DNA of 64,000 nucleotides from a virus, in the IMG/VR virus record IMGVR_UViG_3300031656_000001. One strand, given 5' to 3'. Shown one piece after another: positions 37,019 through 47,022 of the stretch (positions within the stretch are counted from its first letter, which is position 1; the number at the start of each line of letters is the position of its first letter). A model generated the notes under the pieces. It saw nothing but the letters and a program-made list of their open reading frames with translations. It was not told where the DNA came from and did no database searches. Both the position numbers and the translations under genes were made by a program.

Positions 37019-38689
37019 TTATTCAATTGTTTCTATAGTAAACTTAGAGAACCCGTTTTCACGATAAATCTCAATTTTCTTATCAAATATCTCATGTGGT
37101 AAAACTGAGTGGTTTATCACAAAGGTATTTATCTTATTTTCTTTTATGACTTGATTAAGAATTTTCAATATGTTATATACTCCATCATTGTCTACAGAAC
37201 TTAATAATTCATCTAAGAACAATAAGTTTAATTGAGGGAATCTTAATTTAAGTATCTTGATGATTGCAATGATAATAATAAAATCTGCTTTCTTTCTCTC
37301 ACCAGTAGAAAGTGTCATTGGATTAATATCTTCACCTAAGTGATTAATAATACAATTGAATTTCTCATCAAATCTAATATGGAACGGTAAGTGCATTGTC
37401 TGACTCATCGCTGCAATATTTGAATTTAATCCTGGTAAAATAGTTTTGACTGCAAGATTTTTAACACCATCTTCACCTAAAACCCTTTCAACAATTTCCA
37501 TAAATGCATATTCTGCATTCAATGTATCTTTATTACCAGATTTAGTAGATTCTTTTTGTTCAAAGTCTGTAATCAAAGTCTTAAGGTGTTCAAACTGAGA
37601 ATCATCTGGTGTATCTTTTATTTTAAGCAATTCAGATTTAAAAGATTTCATATTGTATCTAATATCTGATGCTCTTTGTTCTAATACATTTTTATTGATT
37701 CTTAATTGATCAATATTTGATTTGACACTTGTTAATGATTCTTTAAGTTCTTTGATACGATTGGTATCAGTTTCAATTTTAGTACAAAAATGTTCCTTTT
37801 GATCCATGTGCCATTGACTATCTAATTCAGTTTCACATGTAGGGCATTTTCCACTCTCATATAAATCTAACTTTTTCTTAAGATATTCAATTTCATGTTT
37901 TAATGTAGATGCATCAGATCTTACCGTTTCATAAACAGTTGTATCATATTTGATCTCTTTGTCAATTCCAGTCTTTTCTAGATCTAATGCCTTAACGCTT
38001 TCATTAAGTTGAATTAAATTTGTTTTTAATTCATCTATTTTAGAATTGTTCTTTTCTTGTGATTCTTCTAGTAATGTATTAAGTTTACCTTTTACAGATC
38101 CTATAGAATCTATAATTTGGTTTAACTCTGATTCGTATGAATCTATATCTGTTTTGATATTCTTTCTCTCCATTTTAATAGAGGTTTGCATATCATTAAG
38201 AATAGAGAAACCAAACATCTTATCAATAATTTGTTTTTTATCTTGATTAGACATTGTCAAAAATGACTTAAAATCATTAACTGATAAAATTATAATGTTT
38301 TTAAATACATGATATGGTATACCGTATATCTCGTCTTCTAAATAGTCCTGTACTGATTTCTTACCAGCCTTATCAAATTCTACACCATTTAATTTAACAC
38401 TAAATTTAGTAGGCATTAAACCTCTTTCTATTATAACATTTATAGAACCGCATTTTAATGCGATCTTAACGTGTAATTCTTTGTTAATCCTATTAGGAAG
38501 ATCTGCAAGTTTAACGCCTTCGACTCTTCCATATAACGCGTATATAATAGCATTAGCAATAGTAGTTTTACCATCGCCATTCTTTCCAAGTGTCAAAAAC
38601 AATTCAGAAGCATCTTCTTCAAACTCTATTCTTTGTAATTGATTACCGTAAGATGCAAAGTTTTTAAATTCTATAAAATCTATTCTCAT
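37019..38689 (-). CDS. recombination ATPase (gp46/SbcC/Rad50)
   Basis: KNFASYGN, GKNGDGKTT, CPTC hook, LSTGE, LFLDE, H-loop. Confidence 0.92.
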   Translation of the reverse strand: MRIDFIEFKNFASYGNQLQRIEFEEDASELFLTLGKNGDGKTTIANAIIYALYGRVEGVKLADLPNRINKELHVKIALKCGSINVIIERGLMPTKFSVKLNGVEFDKAGKKSVQDYLEDEIYGIPYHVFKNIIILSVNDFKSFLTMSNQDKKQIIDKMFGFSILNDMQTSIKMERKNIKTDIDSYESELNQIIDSIGSVKGKLNTLLEESQEKNNSKIDELKTNLIQLNESVKALDLEKTGIDKEIKYDTTVYETVRSDASTLKHEIEYLKKKLDLYESGKCPTCETELDSQWHMDQKEHFCTKIETDTNRIKELKESLTSVKSNIDQLRINKNVLEQRASDIRYNMKSFKSELLKIKDTPDDSQFEHLKTLITDFEQKESTKSGNKDTLNAEYAFMEIVERVLGEDGVKNLAVKTILPGLNSNIAAMSQTMHLPFHIRFDEKFNCIINHLGEDINPMTLSTGERKKADFIIIIAIIKILKLRFPQLNLLFLDELLSSVDNDGVYNILKILNQVIKENKINTFVINHSVLPHEIFDKKIEIYRENGFSKFTIETIE

Positions 38690-39801
38690 ATTTCTATACC
38701 GTTATTATGAGCACATTGATTATATAGTGCCATTAGTTTTTCTTTTAGTCTGCTTTTAGTTTCTTCATCATCACCTAAACTTTCAACATATACATTACAT
38801 AAATTCATTATACTGTAATTCTTATACATTTCTTCTACATCATCCATATCATGAAAATCCTTATCGATATAATTATCTTCTTGATAAATATTCGGTTCAA
38901 GTTTTCTACTAATATTTTGTATCTTATTAATAAGTTGACTTAATGCATTTGTTGTTGCGATCTTTGATGGGACGAATAAATCTACAAAATTGTTTTTGAT
39001 CTGATGTTTAAACGTTCCAAGTGGCATATCATATAGCTGCATGATGTTATATTTCATGAACTTAGGTGATATATCATTTACATAAAATGTCTCTGACATG
39101 TCTTCTAAATCTACTAGGTCAAATCCTTTAGCATTATTTGCATCAGATCTTGTCAATTGATATGGAGTACCAACCATTAATAACTTACCTTTTTCTTGTC
39201 TAAAATGAATATGCCCAGAATAAACTCTTAAATATCTGTCATATATGTTTGAGTCTGTTCCGTGTTGATTTTTAACTTTAGCGTTTAAATAAATACCTTT
39301 AACTTCCGAATGACAAAATACTATTTCTGCTGTTGGGTATTCTACAAGTGTTTCTGTTTCGTGATCAGCATCTCTTCTCCATGGCATCATTAATACCTTC
39401 CTACCATGCCATTCCATCATTTTAGGTTCTTTATAGATCTGTACGTTTGGTATCCATTTAAGTGAATCTATTGAAGTTACTTCGTTTGAGTTCTTAGCCC
39501 AAATATCGTGATTACCACAAATGACATGAACTGGTAGAATTTTACCAAGTTCTTCAAATAAAGTTACCGCGTAGTTTAATACCCTTATATTAATAGATTG
39601 TCTATTATCAAAGGTATCACCGACTTGTACTAGTACATCGCCTGGTTTTACGTTAGCTCTAAGATTCGGTAGAAACACATCTTCAAAAAATTGCTTTTGA
39701 ATTTCTAGCCATTCCATAGAATTAGCTCTTACACCAAAATGCAAATCTCCGAGTATCCAAACTCTTCCTGCGCCTTTCTTTAAAACATGTGCTTCTATCA
39801 T
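38686..39801 (-). CDS. recombination nuclease (gp47/SbcD/Mre11)
   Basis: GDLHFG, GDTFD, GNHD, CH, SGHIH. Confidence 0.92.
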   Translation of the reverse strand: MIEAHVLKKGAGRVWILGDLHFGVRANSMEWLEIQKQFFEDVFLPNLRANVKPGDVLVQVGDTFDNRQSINIRVLNYAVTLFEELGKILPVHVICGNHDIWAKNSNEVTSIDSLKWIPNVQIYKEPKMMEWHGRKVLMMPWRRDADHETETLVEYPTAEIVFCHSEVKGIYLNAKVKNQHGTDSNIYDRYLRVYSGHIHFRQEKGKLLMVGTPYQLTRSDANNAKGFDLVDLEDMSETFYVNDISPKFMKYNIMQLYDMPLGTFKHQIKNNFVDLFVPSKIATTNALSQLINKIQNISRKLEPNIYQEDNYIDKDFHDMDDVEEMYKNYSIMNLCNVYVESLGDDEETKSRLKEKLMALYNQCAHNNGIEI

Positions 39802-39802
39802 T

Positions 39803-40237
39803 CTAAAAAAGTTTCATTATATTCTTTCTCTTTAATATACCTGTTTTCAAATCTAATTCTTGTATTAAATCTTCTTTATATACATTGGAGAGTGAACTGT
39901 AAAATTTAGTTGGATTAATATCGAAATAGACGCATAGCTCGCTGAATAAATCAATACGACTGTTTTTTATGGACATTTCATCGATAACATATCCATAAAT
40001 GTCGTTTATGTCTGCCTTCTTTAAAGAGGTACATTTACCTAATTCATCTACTTTGTTAAATACCTTAAATCTCGATGATTCAATTAATTCATGAATTCTT
40101 CTTGCGATTAAATCATAGTGAATTTTATCTTCTTCGTCCTTATTGTCTTTGACATTAGGATCTAGTTCGAATTTTATAGTTGTAAACTCTGTGTCTGGTG
40201 ATTCGAAATTGTTGTTAAATATTTTATCGTGTGCCAT
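39803..40237 (-). CDS. hypothetical protein, possible gp33-like coactivator
   Basis: Helical, with C-terminal MKLF; start moved to the ATG at 40237. Confidence 0.5.
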   Translation of the reverse strand: MAHDKIFNNNFESPDTEFTTIKFELDPNVKDNKDEEDKIHYDLIARRIHELIESSRFKVFNKVDELGKCTSLKKADINDIYGYVIDEMSIKNSRIDLFSELCVYFDINPTKFYSSLSNVYKEDLIQELDLKTGILKRKNIMKLF

Positions 40238-40239
40238 AA

Positions 40240-41556
40240 TTATATACTGTGTAAGTTTGAATTTGTAGTTTCCTCTGTCTCGATCAACCTCATGTAATTC
40301 CAATTAATATTTAATTTACACTTGGTTCCTTTTCCTTCTCCATCTCTAATTTTTAATACCTTTAACCAGTATTCTGAGTTAGCTCTCATCATATCATCTT
40401 GTATAATACCAAGCATAACATCGGCTGTATGTGAAAGACCCGCAGATTCTGCAATGTCTGTCATTCCAATATCACTTGAATTATAACCATTTCTAGTAAT
40501 CTGTGTTGCTGTAACTATTAACCAATTATTACGAATACCCATTGCTCTAAGATCTTCTGCAATTTGCTTGATCTTCATATAAGTATTCTCAGTATTTTGG
40601 TTTCTGTAGTTTGCAAGAATGTTGATGTAATCAATTACGACTGCACCTACTTTAATTTGTCTTTCTTCTTCTATTTGATTAACATATGCTTCAATATCTA
40701 ATACAGTTGCTTGTGATGTTGGAAACTGTTTTACAAATAAAGATCCAGGCGGTGTTAAACCATCGCCTACAGTTTCTAATCTTCTTTTAATATGATCTTT
40801 GTTTTTAGCCTTATCACCATATTCGTTAATCTCAATAGTTAAAAGATTAGCACCAATACGTTTTACGAATTTATGTGCTGCCATCTCTGCAGTAACTACT
40901 ACTGTATTTGTTCCCATCTTAACGAAGTTCGCTGCATCGTTTGCTAAGTATATTGACTTACCAATGTTTTGTTCACCTGCATACACAATTAAGTTACCAC
41001 CTTTGTCATAACCACCGCCTAACATTCTATCTAAGAAATTGTAACCAGTACTAACCTTTTCTGAATCCTTTTGATCATGTGAATCTACATCAAAGAAATC
41101 TAAACCTAAATCTGAATTAAATGATAAGTTATTTCTATCATTAATAAGACCCTTAACTTTAGTAACAATACTATCTACATTTTCAGGAGTTACCTGAGTT
41201 GTTTTAATGAATTCAATAGTATCGATTAATGAAGTATCAAATGTTCTCCATTTAATCCATGCTTCAGCTGTAGACGTTAACCATTCTTCGTCATATTGAT
41301 CTAAGTCAACTTCAAATATAAGATTTAATATCTCTTCTGATATTTTAGCTTTAGCCTTTTCATTTCTTTGAATAAGCAAAAGAAGTTGTTCTCTTTTTGG
41401 AGTTTCGTTAAACTTCTCAAAGAACTTATTAGACAATTGACTTAATATATCAATTTCCTGTGATGTGTAAAATCCGCTTTTAATACTCTTTAAGTACTTT
41501 GTCTTAATTAAAGAGAATCTAAAGAATATTTTTTCAAAGTCTTGTCCGAATTGCAT
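40240..41556 (-). CDS. replicative helicase (gp41/DnaB-like)
   Basis: GEQNIGKS, TAEM, IDYIN, TATQ, AESAG, K.RDG. Confidence 0.9.
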   Translation of the reverse strand: MQFGQDFEKIFFRFSLIKTKYLKSIKSGFYTSQEIDILSQLSNKFFEKFNETPKREQLLLLIQRNEKAKAKISEEILNLIFEVDLDQYDEEWLTSTAEAWIKWRTFDTSLIDTIEFIKTTQVTPENVDSIVTKVKGLINDRNNLSFNSDLGLDFFDVDSHDQKDSEKVSTGYNFLDRMLGGGYDKGGNLIVYAGEQNIGKSIYLANDAANFVKMGTNTVVVTAEMAAHKFVKRIGANLLTIEINEYGDKAKNKDHIKRRLETVGDGLTPPGSLFVKQFPTSQATVLDIEAYVNQIEEERQIKVGAVVIDYINILANYRNQNTENTYMKIKQIAEDLRAMGIRNNWLIVTATQITRNGYNSSDIGMTDIAESAGLSHTADVMLGIIQDDMMRANSEYWLKVLKIRDGEGKGTKCKLNINWNYMRLIETEETTNSNLHSI

Positions 41557-41630
41557 AGTTATTAAATGTTGAAGTTATTGTTTTTTATATGTGCGAAACA
41601 TATTTTGTTTTTATACCCTGTAGTTTTGAG

Positions 41631-41930
41631 TTATTCAAAAGGGTTTGTTTTTATTTTCCAAGATAACTTATCTTGCTCAGTGTTGAGTACATCTACTAAA
41701 TCTAATTTTACTAATTCTGTAATAGATTCTAATAAATGAGATTCCTCTGTTTCCGGAAATCTATATGTTTTCAGTGCATGTAATGTAAAGTTACCTTTAT
41801 GCCTGTCTGGCATCCTAACACATAGTTTTATTTCTGATAATAATAAATCGAAGGCAGTCGGGTAACCTGGTAAGTCACTCTCGATGCCTAAGACATATTT
41901 TATAGGTAACTTATCTTCATTAATCTTCAT
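41631..41930 (-). CDS. hypothetical protein
   Basis: Packed ORF between uvsX and gp41. Confidence 0.6.
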   Translation of the reverse strand: MKINEDKLPIKYVLGIESDLPGYPTAFDLLLSEIKLCVRMPDRHKGNFTLHALKTYRFPETEESHLLESITELVKLDLVDVLNTEQDKLSWKIKTNPFE

Positions 41931-43026
41931 CTTCTAATATAGATTCAAGATCAATTTCTCTACCTTCGGTATTATAATTGAATACAGGTTTAATTCTTAA
42001 TTCAATTTTATCTAATATCTCTTTGGTAAATACTTTTTCAGAGAAGAATTCTCTAGTTGGAACAGTTTCATCTAAATGTTTACAAATCCAATTTCTTGCT
42101 GTAGATTTTGGAGTTTTAACACCTTTTTCAATAGTACCTTTTGCAATACCTATTTCTTCCCAATCAATATACTGTTCTAATCCAACATATGCATTCATTC
42201 CTTCTGTAAAGTGTAAATGAAATTTAATGTTATGTGGTTTAGCAAATCTATTCTTATTAGGTTTAGCTGTTACAATAATCCCTGCTTTTTCACCACTAGA
42301 TTCTTTTAGTTGTGCTTTACCTAAATATAATACGATTGACGCAGCATATTCAGGTCCTGTACCACCTCCGGCTACTTGCCTTGAGATAAAGTCTTGTGTT
42401 TGATATGTATGATTAGTAAAAATGAAAGGTATCTTAAGATCTGCGAGAGGCGTCATTATGATCCTGAATATAGATTTTAAAACCTTAGATCTTGTCATAT
42501 CTGCCTTTTCACTACCAGATCTAGCATCATCAATTTCTTTTTGTGTAGCTAAGTTACCTGCAGAATCAAGAATCATCATGATCTTTGGCGTTGTACCACC
42601 ATTTCTCTTAACTTCTTGCATCTTACTTGTTAATGTAGTAACTGAAGTTCTGAATTCTTGTACAGTATTAATTGGTTGATAATTTACTTTAGAAACATCA
42701 ATACCAAACTTAACCATTTGATCTTTATCAACTGCTGCTTCTGAATCATAATAGATTACAAAATATCCCATTTCTATTGCTCTTTTTACAGAGTTTAAAA
42801 CTAAGAATGTTTTTCCTGTACCTGATGGTCCTGCAATTGAACATGTTCTACTATTAGGCCAACCGCCGAAAAGTGAACCACTCACGCATGCATTTAAATG
42901 ATAATTACCAGTGTCGATCCACTCTGTAACTTCACTAAATGTGGAATTTTCCATTATTGAACCCAATGGATTCAAATCAGCCAATTCTTTGTTTAAGTCT
43001 TTGAAGCTAAAATCTTTTTTTGCCAT
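41920..43026 (-). CDS. uvsX: UvsX/RecA-like recombinase
   Basis: IDTG..LN, AGPSGTGKT, YDSE, LDS.GNL, DMTR, NHTY, GGG.GPEYAAS. Confidence 0.9.
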   Translation of the reverse strand: MAKKDFSFKDLNKELADLNPLGSIMENSTFSEVTEWIDTGNYHLNACVSGSLFGGWPNSRTCSIAGPSGTGKTFLVLNSVKRAIEMGYFVIYYDSEAAVDKDQMVKFGIDVSKVNYQPINTVQEFRTSVTTLTSKMQEVKRNGGTTPKIMMILDSAGNLATQKEIDDARSGSEKADMTRSKVLKSIFRIIMTPLADLKIPFIFTNHTYQTQDFISRQVAGGGTGPEYAASIVLYLGKAQLKESSGEKAGIIVTAKPNKNRFAKPHNIKFHLHFTEGMNAYVGLEQYIDWEEIGIAKGTIEKGVKTPKSTARNWICKHLDETVPTREFFSEKVFTKEILDKIELRIKPVFNYNTEGREIDLESILEDED

Positions 43027-43046
43027 TTTTATATTGTTATTTTTAT

Positions 43047-43074
43047 ATTATATGATGAAACATTGAATTGTTTC
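43047..43074 (-). promoter_or_regulatory. class II promoter GAAACA-N16-TATAAT of uvsX
   Basis: Recurrent motif. Confidence 0.6.
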
Positions 43075-43251
43075 TTATTGTTCAGGAAACGCCTCACGCT
43101 CTCGAAGCCTAAGTTCATTCAATTCTGCTACGGTTGTATCAGCCTCTTCCTTTAGAGCAATTATTCTTTCTTGAATACTTGACAATCTATTTAAAATAAG
43201 AGTGTACTCGTCAACATATTCCTGTTGTTCGGTTGTTAAATTTACTTCCAT
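43075..43251 (-). CDS. small coiled-coil protein (58 aa)
   Basis: Manual translation MEVNLTTEQQEYVDEYTLILNRLSSIQERIIALKEE... Confidence 0.55.
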   Translation of the reverse strand: MEVNLTTEQQEYVDEYTLILNRLSSIQERIIALKEEADTTVAELNELRLREREAFPEQ

Positions 43252-43418
43252 AATTGTTTCTTTTCAAACATATCTATTTGTCCACTTAGTTGCTCATCAG
43301 CAATTTCTTGACTTTGAGCTTTTTTCATTTTCCATACAAGTTCTCTGACCTTTTGGCCAAATGTCATGTTGTTTGGATTTTCCTTTTCTAGTAAATATAT
43401 TAGTTCTTTTAATTCCAT
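43242..43418 (-). CDS. small hypothetical protein (58 aa)
   Basis: Manual translation MELKELIYLLEKENPNNMTFGQKVRELVW...SGQIDMFEKKQLWK. Confidence 0.55.
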   Translation of the reverse strand: MELKELIYLLEKENPNNMTFGQKVRELVWKMKKAQSQEIADEQLSGQIDMFEKKQLWK

Positions 43419-43422
43419 AATG

Positions 43423-44631
43423 TTAAAATAATGCCGAAGCGTAAATTAGGTTAGTGTCTAGCGTTTGTAATCCTATTGCCGTAAGCACTCTATTCAATGG
43501 ATCAATCATTGCTTTCTCAAATTGAGTATCGTAGTCCACTTTTGGTGCAATTTCATAAGGATGTTCGTTTGGTAGAAATGCATAAACCTCACTGATTGTA
43601 CCAATACAATTGTAGATCTTAAGCTTTTCACCATTTCCAATCAGCTTATACTTATTTTTATACTTCTTATTATTATTTAAAATATAATTATAGTATCCTG
43701 CTGCTTTTACATTTGCTGGACATTTTAGCCCAATCTGTAATTCTTCTTGATCATCTAAGATATACTTATCAATGTTGTTAGTTCTCTTATTAAATGAAAT
43801 ATTATCTATGTCAGTTAATTTGAATTCTTTCTTACATTTTTTCATATACTCTACAAGCAATTGTAACTCTGTTGCAGTTGGTTGTATTTCTGATCTAAAC
43901 AATATCTTAAGGCATTCTACTAAACGTTCTCTAGCAAACTTAGGTGTTGATGATTGTATTGTATCAAAACCAATTGTTTTTACTTTCTTAAGAGATGGAT
44001 GTCTATCTGTTACTGCTAGTTTATCGTCCCATGCAATGTTTTGAATGTATTTTTTCTTTGACATCCAAATTCCATTATATGCAAGAGATTCTAATTCAAA
44101 CATTAAGAAGTTATCTGTGTTTCTAACATCTGCATATTTCTCCATGCACTTTGTGATGTAGTCTCTTAATCTAAATGCATAGAACGCAAGAATAAACACA
44201 TCAATTTCCATCTTCTTAGATTCATCTTCCCAAATAATAGATTCGTATAAATCTTGAAACTGTACATAACATGAATCAGTATCAATATAAATTACTGAGG
44301 GTTTTTCAATCTTACCCTTGACTTTAATATTGAAGTGATTATGGACTGCAGTGTCCTTGTGCCAAAAATCATTAACATATTTGTTAAGTATTGTTTCAGA
44401 ATAAAGAATTGCATTTTTACCTTGTTTAGTTATAGATTCTGCTATGTCGATGTTGAAAAAGTGAAACCATTTGTTACCGAATGCACCATAAATAGAGTTA
44501 AGACTTAGTTTTACAGCCTGTTCATAAGCAGTGAATTTAGCAGAAAGCTGCTTGTAGTGGTCTACAAGCAACTTCGCCTCATCATCTGTTAGTTGATCAA
44601 TTGATTTATTTTCTAACTCTTCTATATTCAT
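43423..44631 (-). CDS. family-B DNA polymerase, C-terminal subunit (gp43B-like)
   Basis: Motif B QAVKLSLNSIYG, ITKQG, motif C YIDTDS, KKKY, SSTP. Confidence 0.9.
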   Translation of the reverse strand: MNIEELENKSIDQLTDDEAKLLVDHYKQLSAKFTAYEQAVKLSLNSIYGAFGNKWFHFFNIDIAESITKQGKNAILYSETILNKYVNDFWHKDTAVHNHFNIKVKGKIEKPSVIYIDTDSCYVQFQDLYESIIWEDESKKMEIDVFILAFYAFRLRDYITKCMEKYADVRNTDNFLMFELESLAYNGIWMSKKKYIQNIAWDDKLAVTDRHPSLKKVKTIGFDTIQSSTPKFARERLVECLKILFRSEIQPTATELQLLVEYMKKCKKEFKLTDIDNISFNKRTNNIDKYILDDQEELQIGLKCPANVKAAGYYNYILNNNKKYKNKYKLIGNGEKLKIYNCIGTISEVYAFLPNEHPYEIAPKVDYDTQFEKAMIDPLNRVLTAIGLQTLDTNLIYASALF

Positions 44632-44634
44632 TTA

Positions 44635-45378
44635 TTATGCAGTTTGGCATGTAGAGATTGTCAAAAGAGTTTCTGAATCGTTTGATTCGAAAACTACCTT
44701 AGAATCTGAAACATATACAGTTTGTTCTTCTTTGTCTAATAGATTTAAATACTTCTTGTAAACTGTAACTGCACCATTACCACTTGTATCGGGCGTAAGT
44801 ACTACATTAAATGATTTCCCGCTTACATTAATTCCTGCAACATCAGATTTGATACCGAATGTTTCGTCTTTGTCTAAACCAAATAGGTTTTTAACTTTTC
44901 CGATTGAATGTGTATCTAATTTAAAATCAAAATTAGAATCTTGTCTTGCAAAAATAGTATCACGTTGTTCTTTTGAAAGATCTTTAAATCCTAAAGAAGG
45001 TTCTGAACATGATAATGTAATTTCTAATTCGTCATTAAAGATACGTAATGTTGATGCTACGAATTCTTCATCGTTTTCAATGAATTCGAATTCACCTTTG
45101 ATAGCATCGTGTTCGAAGTGTTTAATAGCTTCAATAACTTTGTTACCCTCAAAGAATGCAATCTTCATTTCTTTGTCTGTATCTGGCCATTCACTTACTT
45201 GGAAGATTTTATCTGCAGCAATAGAGTGGTGCTTTACAGCATCTCTTTGTGGAAGATAAACAGTTGAATGGATTTGACCCTCTTTTATTTTCATATAAAT
45301 GAATGAGTCGATTAGTTTAACGCGATTGATAAACTCTGTTAGTGCATGTTGGTCAATGCGATCAATTTGTAATTTCAT
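44635..45378 (-). CDS. putative sliding clamp (gp45-like)
   Basis: 247 aa with a two-domain alpha/beta pattern; immediately upstream of the polymerase subunit. Confidence 0.55.
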   Translation of the reverse strand: MKLQIDRIDQHALTEFINRVKLIDSFIYMKIKEGQIHSTVYLPQRDAVKHHSIAADKIFQVSEWPDTDKEMKIAFFEGNKVIEAIKHFEHDAIKGEFEFIENDEEFVASTLRIFNDELEITLSCSEPSLGFKDLSKEQRDTIFARQDSNFDFKLDTHSIGKVKNLFGLDKDETFGIKSDVAGINVSGKSFNVVLTPDTSGNGAVTVYKKYLNLLDKEEQTVYVSDSKVVFESNDSETLLTISTCQTA

Positions 45379-45411
45379 AATTGTTATTTATTTAGATAAT
45401 GATATTTGAAT

Positions 45412-45439
45412 ATTATACCTATAACTATGAAATAGTTTC
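45412..45439 (-). promoter_or_regulatory. class II promoter GAAACT-N16-TATAAT
   Basis: Recurrent motif upstream of clamp/polB. Confidence 0.6.
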
Positions 45440-45441
45440 AT

Positions 45442-45474
45442 AAAAAAAGGACATACTGTTATGGTATGTCCTTT
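45442..45474 (-). terminator. intrinsic terminator
   Basis: AAAGGACATAC-loop-GTATGTCC followed by T7. Confidence 0.8.
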
Positions 45475-45500
45475 GGTTAATTTTACTTTAAATTTTAATA

Positions 45501-45785
45501 TTATCTAAGACCTAATTCATCTCGTAAATCTTTCCAGTAAAAATCAGCAATGATTTCTTTAACTGTCATTTCATTATTTTCACCCCAATCAGATATGTAA
45601 TCAAACATTACTTCTTGGCTAAAATCGTCTTCGTCTAATTTACCATCCATGAATTCATCTTCATATGAATCATAAATGTCATCTGCAACCTCATCAGTAA
45701 ACACTCTAAGTTTTTTAATGTCTGATGATGAATATTTCTCGTTTAATGTTGAAGCAAATGCTTCAAATAATTTTACATGTTTCAT
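45501..45785 (-). CDS. acidic putative internal head protein (MKHVKLFEAF leader)
   Basis: Leader plus LNE, then an acidic domain. Confidence 0.7.
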   Translation of the reverse strand: MKHVKLFEAFASTLNEKYSSSDIKKLRVFTDEVADDIYDSYEDEFMDGKLDEDDFSQEVMFDYISDWGENNEMTVKEIIADFYWKDLRDELGLR

Positions 45786-45817
45786 AATTATTTTGTTTTG
45801 TTTTGTATTATTTTGTA

Positions 45818-46546
45818 TTATTGCCAGTCTCCGCCGTCAATTGAACCACCATCTATTAAAGATGTGAAATCATCAACTGATGTTACTTCACTTGACCATT
45901 CTTGACCACCGTAGTTATCTTCGTCTGACCAAACTGCAGTACCATCCCAATTGAATGTGTATTCGTTGCCATCATCAAATGGATTTTCACCAACAATTGA
46001 TATAATATCACCATCGAATGATGCATCATATTGATTTTCTAAGTTTTTAAATTCTTTCTTAAGGTTTACTTTAGCTTCGTTGATATTTGCAACAAACGCT
46101 TCGAATAATTTTACGTGTTTCATAATTGTTTTGTTTTGTTTAACATGTTCTGATATTTCATCTGCTTCATAAATAAAAACTGATGCCTTTGATGGTGCAA
46201 CCTCTATTGCAGATCCTACGTAAATTTGAACATACTTGTGTTTTGCTAAATCGACAACTGCGCCCCATTCAGAATATTCAGCTGCATCTTCTTTTCTTTC
46301 TTCAAATGAATCTTCAGGAGCATCTCCGTATTCTATAGATCCTTCTGATTTATGACCATATGCTGTACCATCTGTTAATTTAAAATCGTTCATTTCAAAT
46401 TCAACTTCATCATCATCAAAATCAGGATCTTCTTTTTGTGCTTTTTCTAGTTCTGCTAATTTCTTTTTAGCTGCACCTTGATTTAAATACAAGTGTATTA
46501 CTCCATAATCTGGTGTATTTTCTGTTACTGCGAATGCTTTTGCCAT
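45818..46546 (-). CDS. acidic two-module putative internal head protein
   Basis: Internal MKHVKLFEAF at ATG 46123. Confidence 0.7.
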   Translation of the reverse strand: MAKAFAVTENTPDYGVIHLYLNQGAAKKKLAELEKAQKEDPDFDDDEVEFEMNDFKLTDGTAYGHKSEGSIEYGDAPEDSFEERKEDAAEYSEWGAVVDLAKHKYVQIYVGSAIEVAPSKASVFIYEADEISEHVKQNKTIMKHVKLFEAFVANINEAKVNLKKEFKNLENQYDASFDGDIISIVGENPFDDGNEYTFNWDGTAVWSDEDNYGGQEWSSEVTSVDDFTSLIDGGSIDGGDWQ

Positions 46547-46566
46547 AATATTATATTTTAATTTAT

Positions 46567-46878
46567 TTAGTCCCAGTTTTCTTCTTCTTCTGGCGCATGA
46601 TCATTAACGAAATCTATGAAGTCTTCTGCTGTTTTAATTTTGTCGCCATCATCAGACCTTGCAATCCTTTGGTCTTCACCATTTGCTGTTTCTTCTTCAG
46701 GATACCATGTGAATACCACTGCGTAGTCTTTGTTTTCTTCAAAATCCCATACTGTTATTTGGTTTCCGTCTAGCGTTACATTATGGAAGTAATCTTTGAT
46801 CTCTTTGAATTCTTTCTTATAAGATTTTGCTTCGTTTACTGTTGAAGCAAATGCTTCAAATAATTTTACGTGTTTCAT
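46567..46878 (-). CDS. acidic putative internal head protein (MKHVKLFEAF leader)
   Basis: Leader plus VNE-A; late promoter upstream. Confidence 0.7.
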   Translation of the reverse strand: MKHVKLFEAFASTVNEAKSYKKEFKEIKDYFHNVTLDGNQITVWDFEENKDYAVVFTWYPEEETANGEDQRIARSDDGDKIKTAEDFIDFVNDHAPEEEENWD

Positions 46879-46910
46879 AATTGTTTTGTTTTGTTTGTTG
46901 TATTATTAGG

Positions 46911-46920
46911 TTATATATCT
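46911..46920 (-). promoter_or_regulatory. late promoter AGATATATAA
   Basis: Exact motif upstream of the leader-gene array. Confidence 0.65.
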
Positions 46921-46931
46921 ATTTTTCTTTA

Positions 46932-47020
46932 AACAAAACGAAGCCGGGAAGTAGCGAACCCCCGGCTTCTATCCGAAAACTAGTTTCGGTCCTAAGAGTG
47001 GTATTCAAACCACACCTTTA
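46932..47020 (-). terminator. three-hairpin GC-rich structure ending in a terminator-like stem (possible ncRNA)
   Basis: GTGGT/ACCAC, CCGAAA/TTTCGG and GAAGCCGGG/CCCGGCTTC stems, then GTTTTGTTT. Confidence 0.55.
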
Positions 47021-47022
47021 TT

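Larger units (their letters stand above)
45748..46896. repeat. three dispersed ~50-57 bp direct repeats (UTR plus leader codons)
   Basis: Copies at about 45748-45804, 46093-46141 and 46840-46896 of caaa[tc]gcttc[ag]aataattttac[ag]tgtttcataatt[ag]ttttgttttgttt. Confidence 0.85.

Noticed and set aside
45748-46896. Repeats as a possible CRISPR mini-array
   Set aside because: The spacing is 300-700 nt and the repeats are UTR plus coding leader; no cas genes are present
46940-47020. tRNA suggested by GGTTCG
   Set aside because: No acceptor stem or cloverleaf, and the loop is not TTCRAAT
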